A stretch of 64,000 bases of DNA from an uncultured beta proteobacterium (GCA_963739745.1 CAVUCJ010000010.1:35983-99982); one strand, 5' to 3'; counted from the stretch's first letter, positions 31,508 to 41,130 are shown. Numbers and translations are program-made. The notes: generated from the letters alone by a model not told the origin.

Positions 31508-32226
31508 CAGCTTTCCGCCGCGAGCTTACGGCCGTCGCGGCCGAGGATTCCGACGGGCGGGAGCGCATAGCGCCTGTTGTATTGCTCGATCTCCGCCACA
31601 TAGTCGTAGCGCGGACCGGGAAAGCCGATCATGTTCCAGCCGATGAAATCGCGGTTGCCGCCGTACATCGGATCCGCAAGAAAGCCTTCGACCGTGTTCT
31701 GCAATAGCATCTCGAACCACGTCTTCGCCGGTGCGCTCGCCAGCTCGACTTCGCCGCTCTCGAGACCGGCAAGCACCTTGTCCTGCGCGCCGGCGGCGAG
31801 ATCGGAAAAGCGCTTGCTCTGTTGCGTCGATGCGCAATAGGCGTCGAGCTCCCGAATGGCCGTGCGATAGAGCTGTGCCGGCGTGAGCTTCAGCTGATAG
31901 CCCTGCTCGTCGGTACCCTCGGGCCATGGCCCCTGCAAGTACCAGGTCTCGGCGCGTCCGTAGGGGCCAGCAAGTTGGTGGTCGATGAACACGGTTACCG
32001 CGGCTTCCCTGGCGCCGGGGCCGAGATCGTCGGCAGGAATCAGCCGGGAGACCGCGGCGTCGATGCAACGCCACTCCGACTCAGTGAAAAACAGGCGGGC
32101 GGGAGTGGCGTCGGCGGCAGAGCCAGCGACGTCGGCGGAGTCACGTACCTTGGCGCAACCGGCGACCCACTGAACCGGGACAGCAGAAGCGGCAATGGTC
32201 AACAGTCGCCGGCGACGGGAATCCAT
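31507..32226 (-). CDS. Gluconate 2-dehydrogenase subunit 3 (gamma)-like protein
   Basis: Twin-Arg signal SRRRRLL; SRLIP.DDLGPGA and EGFLADPMYGGNRD motifs. Confidence 0.88.
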   Translation of the reverse strand: MDSRRRRLLTIAASAVPVQWVAGCAKVRDSADVAGSAADATPARLFFTESEWRCIDAAVSRLIPADDLGPGAREAAVTVFIDHQLAGPYGRAETWYLQGPWPEGTDEQGYQLKLTPAQLYRTAIRELDAYCASTQQSKRFSDLAAGAQDKVLAGLESGEVELASAPAKTWFEMLLQNTVEGFLADPMYGGNRDFIGWNMIGFPGPRYDYVAEIEQYNRRYALPPVGILGRDGRKLAAES

Positions 32227-32238
32227 GGATGCGATTGA

Positions 32239-32254
32239 GCATCTGTCGTGCCAG
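32239..32254 (-). promoter_or_regulatory. sigma54 promoter CTGGCACGACAGATGC
   Basis: Near-consensus TGGCACG-N4-(A)TGC; predicted +1 near 32227, beside the ATG at 32226. Confidence 0.7.
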
Positions 32255-32371
32255 CCGAAATCCCGCGACGGCAAATCCGGTGGCTGCCGCTCTTGCCACG
32301 GCGTCGACGCTCGATTGCCGCGGTGCCTGCATAAGCTTTCTCGAACTGAATGACAGCGCTCGCGAGACACC

Positions 32372-32446
32372 CGCCGCCCCAGCGAAAGCGGGGACCCAGC
32401 GTTGTTCGTGCAAAGCCTTCGGCCTCCCACTCTCGCGGGGATGACG
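32372..32446. repeat. Degenerate REP/dRS3-like palindromic element
   Basis: GCGAAAGCGGGGACCCAG ... CCCACTCTCGCGGGGATGACG, two imperfect nested palindromes. Confidence 0.5.
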
Positions 32447-32669
32447 CAGTCAACGCATGCCCTTCGGCCATGATGATTTGCCCGTGACATTGTCGCTGGC
32501 GGCGCATTGCGTATGCGCGAATTCGGGCGGGTTTTTCCCGAATCGTTGCATTTCATGCCATCGTCGTAGGACGACGGCCGACACGCCCTTGCAACGATGG
32601 CCTACAGCGAACGTGCCGTGCGGGCACGCCACTGCCGCTGCCGCGAAGTTCAACAATGGTGCGGCGAGG

Positions 32670-33356
32670 CTACATCGCTTCCTTGATCCCGGACCGCAGC
32701 AGCCACCAGTTGACCGGATAGGACGTGGCGAACCCGAACAGCATCGCGATTTGCATCATGAACCAGAACATCGCCGAATCGCGCGGCAATTCCATGTCCA
32801 GCCAGACGAACGTCACGAATCCCATCCACCCATACATGCCCACCTGCCAGGCGGTCAGCGACGCGGCATCGGCCTTGAGCGCTGCCTTGAGTCCCTCGCC
32901 CGGTGACAGATCGCGCATCGGCTTGATCGTGAAGTATTGAAAGGCAATTCCCAGTATGAATGCGAGCAGGAATGCCAGCGCCCAGCTCGCGAAGATGGCC
33001 TTGCCGAAGAGCGTCATCGGCACGGCGACGGCGAACGATTCGGCGGCGATGTCTCCGAGCGTGCAGCCGGCACCGCAATGCAATGTCCCGACCACGACCT
33101 TCTGCCAGAACGGCCGGTCGCTACCGGTGTGGCTGCTGGCTGGCGAGGTCCTCGCACCGGCACGCCCCAGGCGGAAATACACCCAAAGTCCCAGGGGGCC
33201 GGCGTAGAGCGCAGTCACCGGCCACACTACATTCATGATCCACATCCGCTGGCGGCGTCCCTGCGCGATGTCGAACGCTATGAACAGCGCGCACACGACC
33301 GCCAGCGTGACAAAAGCCCACGCGAGCACGGTGATCATCCTGCTTGTCTCGTCCAA
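32670..33356 (-). CDS. DUF4396 membrane protein
   Basis: MNVVWPVTALY, LHCGAGCTLGDI, AWQVGMYGWM and SYPVNWWL motifs. Confidence 0.88.
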   Translation of the reverse strand: MDETSRMITVLAWAFVTLAVVCALFIAFDIAQGRRQRMWIMNVVWPVTALYAGPLGLWVYFRLGRAGARTSPASSHTGSDRPFWQKVVVGTLHCGAGCTLGDIAAESFAVAVPMTLFGKAIFASWALAFLLAFILGIAFQYFTIKPMRDLSPGEGLKAALKADAASLTAWQVGMYGWMGFVTFVWLDMELPRDSAMFWFMMQIAMLFGFATSYPVNWWLLRSGIKEAM

Positions 33357-33417
33357 GGCTTGAGGCCGCGCGCCGTGGCCACCAACACGACGCCGGAGCG
33401 CACGGGCGCTGGTACCT

Positions 33418-33591
33418 TCAGATTACAAGCACACCAAGGAAGACGCCAAAGATCAGGACGATCAGGAAGACAACGATCGCGATGAAGAACAGGACCTTGG
33501 CGATGGTTCGCGTGCCCGACGCGACACCGGTGAAGCCGAACAGGCCGGCCACCACGGAGATGATGAAAAATATGATTGCCCACTTGATCAT
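33418..33591 (-). CDS. DUF1328 small membrane protein (57 aa)
   Basis: [37 protein letters not shown]; too short for the ORF track. Confidence 0.85.
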   Translation of the reverse strand: MIKWAIIFFIISVVAGLFGFTGVASGTRTIAKVLFFIAIVVFLIVLIFGVFLGVLVI

Positions 33592-33641
33592 ATCGAACTC
33601 CCTGACGGTTTTGGCTCGGTCAGCGTAGCACCTTTGTGCGT

Positions 33642-33670
33642 ACGCCGGCGCTTAGCGGAGGCGCCGGCGT
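33642..33670. terminator. 10-bp GC hairpin after the CDF gene
   Basis: ACGCCGGCGC-N9-GCGCCGGCGT; no U-tract. Confidence 0.3.
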
Positions 33671-33698
33671 CGATCGCGGTGCCGCTGGATGATGCAGG

Positions 33699-34628
33699 TC
33701 AGGCGGCGGGTCGCACGTCCGCTGCGGCCCCGTCCGATGATGCCTCGATATAAATGCGACGGATTTTCGGGAAGCGCTCGCGGATCTGCCGCTCGATGCT
33801 GCGCACCGCCTGAACCACGTCGTCGGCGTCCTGATCATCACGAAAGGCGACGTCCAGCGTAAGCAGTACCTCGTCCGCTCCGATGTACATCGATAGCGGC
33901 CAACCGGCAGCCTGCACGCGGGAATCGTCGAGTGCAATGCGACGGACCGCGCGCGCGGTTTCCGGGCGGATGCCCTCGCCGACGAGGAGCCCGCGCGATT
34001 CGCGGATCAGCAGCACCGCCACGCCGGCAAGGAGCACTCCGATCAGCACCGAGGCGGCGCCGTCGAGGATTGGCAGTGCGAACCAATGGCTCGCCCAGAC
34101 GCCGGCCGCGGCCAGCGCGAGCCCGATGAGCGCGGCCGAATCCTCGGCAATCACCGTGTACGTCGCGGGATCCTTGCTCGCATGCAATGCCCTCCAGAAC
34201 GGGGCTTCGCCCTTGTCGCGCAGGAACGCGCGCAGCGCGACCGCGAGGCTCGCCCCCTCGAACACGGCGGCCGCCGCCAGCACGACGTAGTTCCAGAAGG
34301 GATCGCGCAGCGGCTCGGGATCGAGCATGTGCAGCACGCCCTCGTAGGCGGATATCCCGCCCCCGATGCCGAAGATCAGGACGGCGACGATCAGACTCCA
34401 GAAATACAGTTCCTTTCCGAAGCCGAACGGATGCTCGTTGTTAGGGGGCCGCTTGCTTCGGTGCAGGCCCACCAGCAGCAATCCGCCGTTGCCGGCGTCG
34501 ACGGTCGAGTGGATGCCTTCGGAGAGCATCGCCGCGCTTCCCGAGATTCCCGCGACGATGAATTTCACGACCGCGATCGCGAGGTTGGCCGCGATCGCGC
34601 CATATACCGCAGTCCTGGATTCGGCCAT
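33699..34628 (-). CDS. Cation diffusion facilitator family transporter
   Basis: SAAMLSEGIHSTVD, HPFGFGKELYFW and IAEDSAAL motifs; GGAGG RBS. Confidence 0.9.
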   Translation of the reverse strand: MAESRTAVYGAIAANLAIAVVKFIVAGISGSAAMLSEGIHSTVDAGNGGLLLVGLHRSKRPPNNEHPFGFGKELYFWSLIVAVLIFGIGGGISAYEGVLHMLDPEPLRDPFWNYVVLAAAAVFEGASLAVALRAFLRDKGEAPFWRALHASKDPATYTVIAEDSAALIGLALAAAGVWASHWFALPILDGAASVLIGVLLAGVAVLLIRESRGLLVGEGIRPETARAVRRIALDDSRVQAAGWPLSMYIGADEVLLTLDVAFRDDQDADDVVQAVRSIERQIRERFPKIRRIYIEASSDGAAADVRPAA

Positions 34629-34842
34629 CAGATTCCTCCTGCGTGGAACGGTACGACGCACGTGCCATCGGCACGTTGCGTGACCATAGCACTCGGATCG
34701 CCGATCGGTGTCTTAGCGGCGCTCGCCCCCGGCCGGCGCAGCATCGGTGGACGGCGACCGCGCAACCGGTCCGGTTCGCTGAAGCGCGTTAGACTTGTCC
34801 GCGATGACGAATTCCCGGTTCGGTCTGCTTACGCTCAAACCC

Positions 34843-37078
34843 ATGTCGATCTTCGACGTCCTCCCTCTCTCGACTTCCCCAGCCGTGAATCCACCAGGCG
34901 AATCGTCCCTTCGACTGCTGCGGCCGGGCCACAACTGCTGGCGGATCGAGCGGGCGACGCGGCTCGCGTTCCTGGTCGACGGTGCCGACTATTTCAGCGC
35001 GGTGCGCGCCGCGTTGACGCGTGCCCGTCACTTCTTCTGCATTCTGGGCTGGGATGTCGACAGCAGGATGCGGCTGGTTCCGCAAGGTGCGGACGACGGC
35101 TTCGCGCAGCCGCTGGGTGCGTTCCTGAACGAGCTCGTGGCGCAGCGCCCGTCGCTGCACGGATACGTCCTGGCCTGGGACTACGCGATGCTCTTTGCGC
35201 TGGAGCGCGAATGGCTGCCGCTGTTAACGTGGGACACGCGCACCCACCGTCGTTTGTCGTTCCGGCTCGACGACCGCCATCCGGTGGGCGCGTCGCATCA
35301 CCAGAAGATCGTGGTAGTCGACGACGAGATTGCCCTTCTCGGCGGCTTCGACCTTGCCGGAAGCCGGTGGGACACCAGCGAACATGCGTGCGACAATCCG
35401 CTGCGCCGGAATGCGCTGGGAACAGCCTACGAGCCGTTTCACGACGTCGGCGCCATCGTCTCGGGGCCATGCGCCCGGGCGCTGGGGGAACTGTGCCGCG
35501 AACGCTGGTCCCGGGCGACCGGGCACGACCTGCCCGCGCCCGCGAGCGGCGAATCCGACGCTGCCGATGCGTGGCCCGCCGGGGTGGCGCCCCAGCTGAC
35601 GGACGTCGACGTGGCGATCTCGCGCACCGAGCCCGCTTATGCGGGACGCGACGCAGTGAACGAACTGCAGCGCCTGCACCTGGATGCCATCGCCGCCGCA
35701 CGCCGATCGATCGTCGCGGAGAACCAGTACTTCACCTCTCCCGAGATCGCGGACGCCTTCGCCCGCCGGCTGGCCGAGGACGAAGGTCCGGAGATCGCGC
35801 TGGTGATGCCCGCCGAGCAGAGCGGATGGCTCGAAGCATCGACGATGGGTGTGCTGCGCGCGCGCTTGCACCGCCGAGTTGCGCGACGCGGACGTTGCGG
35901 ATCGCTATCGCTTCTATTGTCCGACACGGTCGTGCGATGGAGCCGACGCGGCATGCATCAACGTCCACAGCAAGGTGCTCATCGTCGACGACGAGTTCCT
36001 GACGCTGGGCTCTGCGAACCTCTCCAACCGCTCGATGTGCCTCGACACCGAATGCAACATCGCGCTCGAGGCCGCCGGAAACGACGAGGTCAGGCGCGCC
36101 ATCGCGGGGCTGCGCGACCGCCTGCTGGGCGAACACCTGGACGCCGGGCAGGATGCCGTGGCGCAAGCCATTCGCACGCATCGTTCGCTGCACGCCGCGA
36201 TAGACTCGCTGCAGCGCCCGGACCAGCGCTGGCTCGACCGTCGCGAGCCCGAACTCGATCCCGCGATCGACGCGATCACGCCGGCGCACGACGTCCTCGA
36301 CCCCGAGTGTCCGCTCGACCCCGACCTCTTGATCTCGGACCTGCTGCCGGAGCGCGACAGGCGCGAGGCGGTCAGGCTGCGCGTGGTCGTCATCGGCCTG
36401 GTCGTCGTGGCGCTCGCCGGACTGGCGATCGCGTGGCGGTACACGGCGCTCGCCAGCTACCTCAACATGGAGTTCTCTCGCCGGGAGGCGGCGCGCCTGC
36501 GCGACGCCGGCTGGGCGCCGTTGGCGCTTCCCGTCGTGTTCGTGGTCGCCGGCCTGTTCATGATCCCGGTCACGCTGCTGATCGCGGTGACCGTGGCGGT
36601 GTTCGGTCCTTTCGTCGGCATCGTCCATGCCTTCGTCGGTGCCATGGCGAGCGCGCTGGCGACCTATGCGTTGGGGCGCTCGCTCGGGCGCAATACGGTT
36701 CGGCGCATCGCCGGCAAACGGCTGAACGAGCTCTCGCGGCGCCTCGGGCGGCGCGGCCTGCTGGCCATGCTGCTGGTGCGCGTCATTCCGGTCGCGCCGT
36801 ACGCCGTGGTCAATCTGGTGGCCGGCGCCTCGCACATCGGATGGCGCGACTACCTGCTGGGTACCGCGCTTGGCCTCTTTCCGGGCCTGGTGATGACCAC
36901 GGCATTCGTGGACCGCGCGATCGCCGCGCTTCGCTCGCCCGGCGTGGGCACGTTCGCGACGCTGGCACTGGTGCTGGCCGGCATCGTGGTCGCCGGCTGG
37001 TTCATCCAGCGCCAGTTCCGGCGGGTCGGGCAGGACCGTGGCCACGGGTCCGCGACAGCGACTCCCGATGCCGGCTAG
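34843..37078 (+). pseudogene. Phospholipase D (cardiolipin synthase-like)-VTT fusion with one frameshift
   Basis: HQKIVVVDD and HSKVLIVDD HKD motifs lie in different frames; apparent +1 base near 35878 (cgc cga g ttg cgc); C-terminal VTT/SNARE-associated domain. Confidence 0.85.
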
Positions 37079-37803
37079 CGGCGCCGGCGGCACCTTGGTG
37101 CGCCTGGCGACCTGGAACATCCACGGTGGCGTTGGCGTCGACGGCCAATACAACGCGCGCACGCGTCATCGCCGTGCTGCGCGAACTACATGCCGACGTC
37201 GTCGCGCTTCAAGAAGTCGCGTCGCTCTCGCTTCATGCCGGCTTTCTCATGCAGGTGAGCGAAGCCCTCGGTGTCCGGATCGTAGTCGGTCGCACGCTCT
37301 CCCGTCGCGGCGCCGACTATGGCAACGTGCTGCTTTCGCGCTATCCGGTGAGCTCCAGCGCGAGTATCGAGCTGTCGCTCGCGCGGCGCGAACCGCGCAA
37401 TGCAATCGACGCGCGACTCGACGTTCATGGTGGCGATCTGCGGGTGGTCGCAACTCACCTCGGCTTGCGCCCCGCCGAGCGCCGGGAACAGGTGCAGCGC
37501 ATCCTCCGGGCCGTCGACACTATGCCCCAGCAACCGACCGTGTTGATGGGGGATCTCAATGAATGGTATCTATGGGGCCGCCCGCTGCGCTGGCTCCACG
37601 CGCGGTTTCGTGCGACACCCGCGCCGGCGACGTTTCCGGCGCGGCGGCCCGTACTGGCGCTGGATCGCATCTGGGCCCATCCGGCGGCATCCTTGAGCGG
37701 CGTGCGGGCTCATCGGAGCATGCTGACCCGGGTCGCATCCGATCATCTTCCCGTCGTCGGTCTGATGGCGTTTGCGCGCACTCGCGCTCCTGACAACCGC
37801 TGA
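37068..37803 (+). pseudogene. Endonuclease/exonuclease/phosphatase (YbhP-like) with one frameshift
   Basis: LATWNIH in one frame; ALQEV, GDLNEW, LDRIW and SDHLP in the next; shift near 37161. Confidence 0.85.
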
Positions 37804-37834
37804 CCTTCGCGACCCTCGTGGTAGCGCGAAGGTC
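37802..37834. terminator. 10-bp hairpin after the EEP gene
   Basis: GACCTTCGCG-N13-CGCGAAGGTC; no U-tract. Confidence 0.35.
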
Positions 37835-37872
37835 GACGATCGCGGCGCGCGCAACGTGTTTGCCCGGGGCAT

Positions 37873-37888
37873 GTAGGTGGGCGCCTAC
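37873..37888. promoter_or_regulatory. Palindromic operator GTAGGT-GGGC-GCCTAC
   Basis: 92 bp upstream of DUF3309; GATAGT at 37934 (61 bp). Confidence 0.6.
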
Positions 37889-37979
37889 GCGCGATGCAGC
37901 GCATCACCGATGGAGCCCGATCTCGGTCCGGCCGATAGTGGCGGCGAAATCCGGCGACCACGGATAGGAAGGAGCCACT

Positions 37980-38135
37980 ATGCTCGGCACAATTCTTCTA
38001 ATTGTCCTGATTCTCGCATTGATCGGCGCCCTGCCGGCGTGGCCCTACAGCCGCGGTTGGGGCTATTATCCCAGCGGCTTGGCCGGCGTGATCGTCCTGA
38101 TCCTGGTGGTCCTCCTGCTGATGGGAAGAATCTGA
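37980..38135 (+). CDS. DUF3309 small membrane protein (51 aa)
   Basis: MLGTILLIVLILALIGALPAWPYSRGWGYYPSG; AAGGAG RBS. Confidence 0.9.
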   Translation: MLGTILLIVLILALIGALPAWPYSRGWGYYPSGLAGVIVLILVVLLLMGRI

Positions 38136-38138
38136 CGG

Positions 38139-38675
38139 ATGCCATCGGGTGAAGCCCCGCAGCGGACGCCGATGAGGTTTCTGTTGCGCGCGTTCTCAAC
38201 CGTCCATGCGGTGATGGCGCTGCTGTTCGCCTGTGCCGCGCTGCTGCTCATCGGTTTGGCATCGGTCATGGGTTGGCAAGCGCTTTCCGGTGGGTGGGAT
38301 CGTGCTGCGGCGCAGGAGATCGTGGAGGCGATGGGCCTGTTGGCGGCGGCCGTCGTCGCGCTGCAAATCGCGCAGACGATCGCCGAAGAGGAGATCATTC
38401 GGGATGCGCACATCAGCGCGCCTACGCGGGTCCGACGCTTCCTCTCGCGATTCATGGTCGTGGTGGTGGTCGCGTTGGCGATCGAAGGCTTGGTGGCGAC
38501 TTTCAAGTCGATGCATGGCGATTCGGTCGCGCTTCATGCTGCGGCAGGACTCATTGCTTCGGTGGCCCTGCTGCTTGTCGGCTGGGGGGTTTTCATTCGA
38601 ATGAACCGTTCGGCGGAAGAGCTCGAGCCCGAAGCGATGAACGAGGCCAAGCGCGAGGACCGCAAGCTCAAGTAG
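38139..38675 (+). CDS. Conserved multi-TM hypothetical protein
   Basis: 178 aa, four TM helices; coupled to DUF3309; start may be 38172. Confidence 0.7.
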   Translation: MPSGEAPQRTPMRFLLRAFSTVHAVMALLFACAALLLIGLASVMGWQALSGGWDRAAAQEIVEAMGLLAAAVVALQIAQTIAEEEIIRDAHISAPTRVRRFLSRFMVVVVVALAIEGLVATFKSMHGDSVALHAAAGLIASVALLLVGWGVFIRMNRSAEELEPEAMNEAKREDRKLK

Positions 38676-38729
38676 ACGCTGCGTTGCAATGAACGATTGG
38701 CATGTCCTGTGGACGGAAACGGAGGCACC

Positions 38730-39174
38730 CGCAAACAAGTACGCCAAGTTCGTAGCGATGATCGGAGTGTCGACCGTAGCGATGCTGGGCCTCATATACC
38801 TCAACACTTACGGTCTGAATCATGTGTTCTTCAGCAAGACGCGGGCGTACTGGCTCTCGTGATGGGAGCGGCGATGTCCGTAATCGTGCTGGGGTTCAAG
38901 CTCAACAATGTTCGACGACGCTGCGGTTAATTTCGCGGTCCTGGATGTCAGCGCCGTGGTATTTGCGCTGGCGCTCTCGCTCGTCCGCAGCCAGGAGACC
39001 GTCGAGGACGTTTCCTGAATGAAGCCATGATCCGCACCGAAGCGAACAGACCAGCGAACGCGACACATCACCGATCCGCGCGTCCGCAAGCTCGCCGACG
39101 GTATCATCGAGACGCAACGCCGGGAGATCGCGGAGATGAAATCGTTGATTTCGGATCTGGAAGCCAGGCGCTAG
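38730..39174 (+). pseudogene. Degraded DUF305-family gene, copy 1
   Basis: KYAKFVAMIGVST..YLNTY.L.HVFFS.TRAY and ITDPRVRKLADGIIETQRREIAEMK; frameshifts and an internal TGA. Confidence 0.75.
38758..39024 (+). repeat. 267-bp direct repeat, copy 1
   Basis: Identical to 40600-40866 except one C/T. Confidence 0.9.
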
Positions 39175-40262
39175 TGTCCTGAGTCTGAAATGCGATTACA
39201 GAATCTGGCAACGCTGGCGAGGATCTCGTCCGCGGTCTTGGTCCAAACGAACGGTTTCGGATCTTCGTTGTAGATGTTCAAATACGAGCGGATGGCCTGT
39301 TCGAGTTCTCGGGTGCTGCGATGAGCGCCGCGCTTGATCTGGCGTGTGGTCAGCAGCGCGAAGAAGCGCTCGACCAGATTGAGCCAGGATGCTGAGGTTG
39401 GTGTGAAGTGCACGCGAAAGCGCGGGTGGCGCGCAAACCAAGCCTTGACCGAGGGCGTCTTGTGGGTGCCGTAGTTATCGAGAATCAGATGGATATCCAG
39501 CGTGGCCGGAACGTTAGCCTCGATGGTCCGCAGAAACGTCAGGAACTCTTTGCTGCGATGGCGCCGATGCAATTCGCCGATGACTTTGCCGGAAGCCAAA
39601 TCCAAGGCCGCAAACAGGCTCGTCGTGCCATGACGCTTGTAATCATGAGTGCGTCGCTCCGCCATGCCCGGTGCCAACGGCAACAGCGGCTGGGTCCGAT
39701 CCAAGGCTTGAATCTGGCTCTTCTCGTCCACGCACAGCACCATCGCCTTGGTCGGGGGATTCAGGTACAGCCCCACGATGTCGCGCACCTTGTCGATGAA
39801 CAGCGGGTCGGTCGACAGCTTGAAGGTCTCGACCCGATGCGGCTGCAGCCCGAAGGCGCGCCAGGCGCGGCTCACCGTGCTCTGCGACACCCCGAGCTTG
39901 GTGGCCAACAGCCGCGTACTCCAATGGCTCGCTTGGCGCGGCCGCTCATTGAGGGTAGTCGCGATCAGCTGCTCAATTCTCGCGTCATCAAGCTTGCGCG
40001 GCGCGCCAGGCCGCGGCTCATCGAGCAGCCCATCGAGCCGCTGCTCCAAGAACCGGCGGCGCCATTTGCCAACCGTCTGGCGCGTGACGCGGCAACGCTG
40101 TGCCACCTCGCTGTTGTTCGCCCCTTGCGCGCAGGCCAGCACGATGCGCGAACGCAACGCCAGCGCTTGCGAGGTCTTATGTCGCCGCGTCCACTCGACC
40201 AGCTGGTTGTTCTCTTGCATGGTCAATTTCAACTCAACAAGCTGGGGTCCGCTGCGCATCAT
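39171..40262 (-). CDS. IS630 transposase
   Basis: HTH; [22 protein letters not shown] and [12 protein letters not shown] motifs; ends in SDSGH*. Confidence 0.93.
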   Translation of the reverse strand: MMRSGPQLVELKLTMQENNQLVEWTRRHKTSQALALRSRIVLACAQGANNSEVAQRCRVTRQTVGKWRRRFLEQRLDGLLDEPRPGAPRKLDDARIEQLIATTLNERPRQASHWSTRLLATKLGVSQSTVSRAWRAFGLQPHRVETFKLSTDPLFIDKVRDIVGLYLNPPTKAMVLCVDEKSQIQALDRTQPLLPLAPGMAERRTHDYKRHGTTSLFAALDLASGKVIGELHRRHRSKEFLTFLRTIEANVPATLDIHLILDNYGTHKTPSVKAWFARHPRFRVHFTPTSASWLNLVERFFALLTTRQIKRGAHRSTRELEQAIRSYLNIYNEDPKPFVWTKTADEILASVARFCNRISDSGH

Positions 40263-40337
40263 TCCTCTCCCGCCGGTCAACACTACCGTAAGACAGGAGA
40301 GAGAATAATTTGTTCACTTATTTACGACTCAGGACAC
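39174..40337 (-). mobile_element. IS630-family insertion sequence (1164 bp)
   Basis: Terminal IR GTGTCCTGAGTC (16/18 when extended); TA duplicated at 39172-39173 and 40338-40339; CTAG target. Confidence 0.92.
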
Positions 40338-40599
40338 TAGCGCAGCTCGATAAACCCTGCGTCGGGAGCACGCTGCACATGGCGACGTAGCGAAAGCAAT
40401 CCGCGCTTTCGACGATAGGGGTCTGTCACTGGGACCCAATGGGAGTCCCGGAGCGAGGCGCGCCCGAACCAATGTCGGTCACAAGGCCGACCCGCATCGG
40501 CCCGGGCCGCGACTCGGCGGACGTTTTGCGACGATGTTCTGGCCGGCGAGCGCCGGCACGCCCATCGTGGCCTTCAATATCGTCGACGTTCCTTTAGCC

Positions 40600-40866
40600 A
40601 TGATCGGAGTGTCGACCGTAGCGATGCTGGGCCTCATATACCTCAACACTTACGGTCTGAATCATGTGTTCTTCAGCAAGACGCGGGCGTACTGGCTCTC
40701 GTGATGGGAGCGGCGATGTCCGTAATCGTGCTGGGGTTCAAGCTCAACAATGTTCGACGACGCTGCGGTTAATTTCGCGGTCCTGGATGTCAGCGCTGTG
40801 GTATTTGCGCTGGCGCTCTCGCTCGTCCGCAGCCAGGAGACCGTCGAGGACGTTTCCTGAATGAAG
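40600..40866 (+). repeat. 267-bp direct repeat, copy 2 (internal DUF305 fragment that continues as MKAMIPHHSIAILTSE)
   Basis: 266/267 identical to 38758-39024. Confidence 0.9.
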
Positions 40867-40984
40867 GCGATGATCCCGCACCATTCGATTGCCATTCTGA
40901 CCAGCGAAGGATCCGTCGAACCGATCGAACTGGCGGTCGCGCCCGGTTGGGTCGACGCCTGCGGGCGTCGTCGACCGGCGCCTC

Positions 40985-41000
40985 GAAGGCCAAGACCTAC
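40985..41000. promoter_or_regulatory. Weak operator copy GAAGGC-CAAG-ACCTAC (adjacent N5 variant at 41007-41023)
   Basis: AGG-N6-CCTAC core; 131 bp upstream of 41131. Confidence 0.4.
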
Positions 41001-41130
41001 GCATTCGTCGGAGATCTTCCCACACGAAATTCAACCGACTTCGGATGCCGGAGGCGGCTCGTGCCGGCGAGACTTGCACCAGGCGATCGGATTTGCGATT
41101 CGCCACCCACAACCTGACATGGAGATTCAA

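Noticed and set aside
34086-36002. 638-aa plus-strand ORF and similar long alternate-frame ORFs (5675-7399, 20987-22777 extension, 23002-24636, 29966-31570)
   Set aside because: These are stop-poor shadow frames of GC-rich genes that have clear family motifs in another frame or strand.
34795-37803. 1002-aa ORF read as a PLD-nuclease fusion protein
   Set aside because: The middle third is out-of-frame sequence. The real PLD C-half/VTT and the EEP N-terminus lie in other frames.
40861-41130. N-terminal extension of the PG-binding ORF (MKAMIPHHS...)
   Set aside because: It comes from the duplicated DUF305 fragment. The RBS and signal peptide point to ATG 41131.
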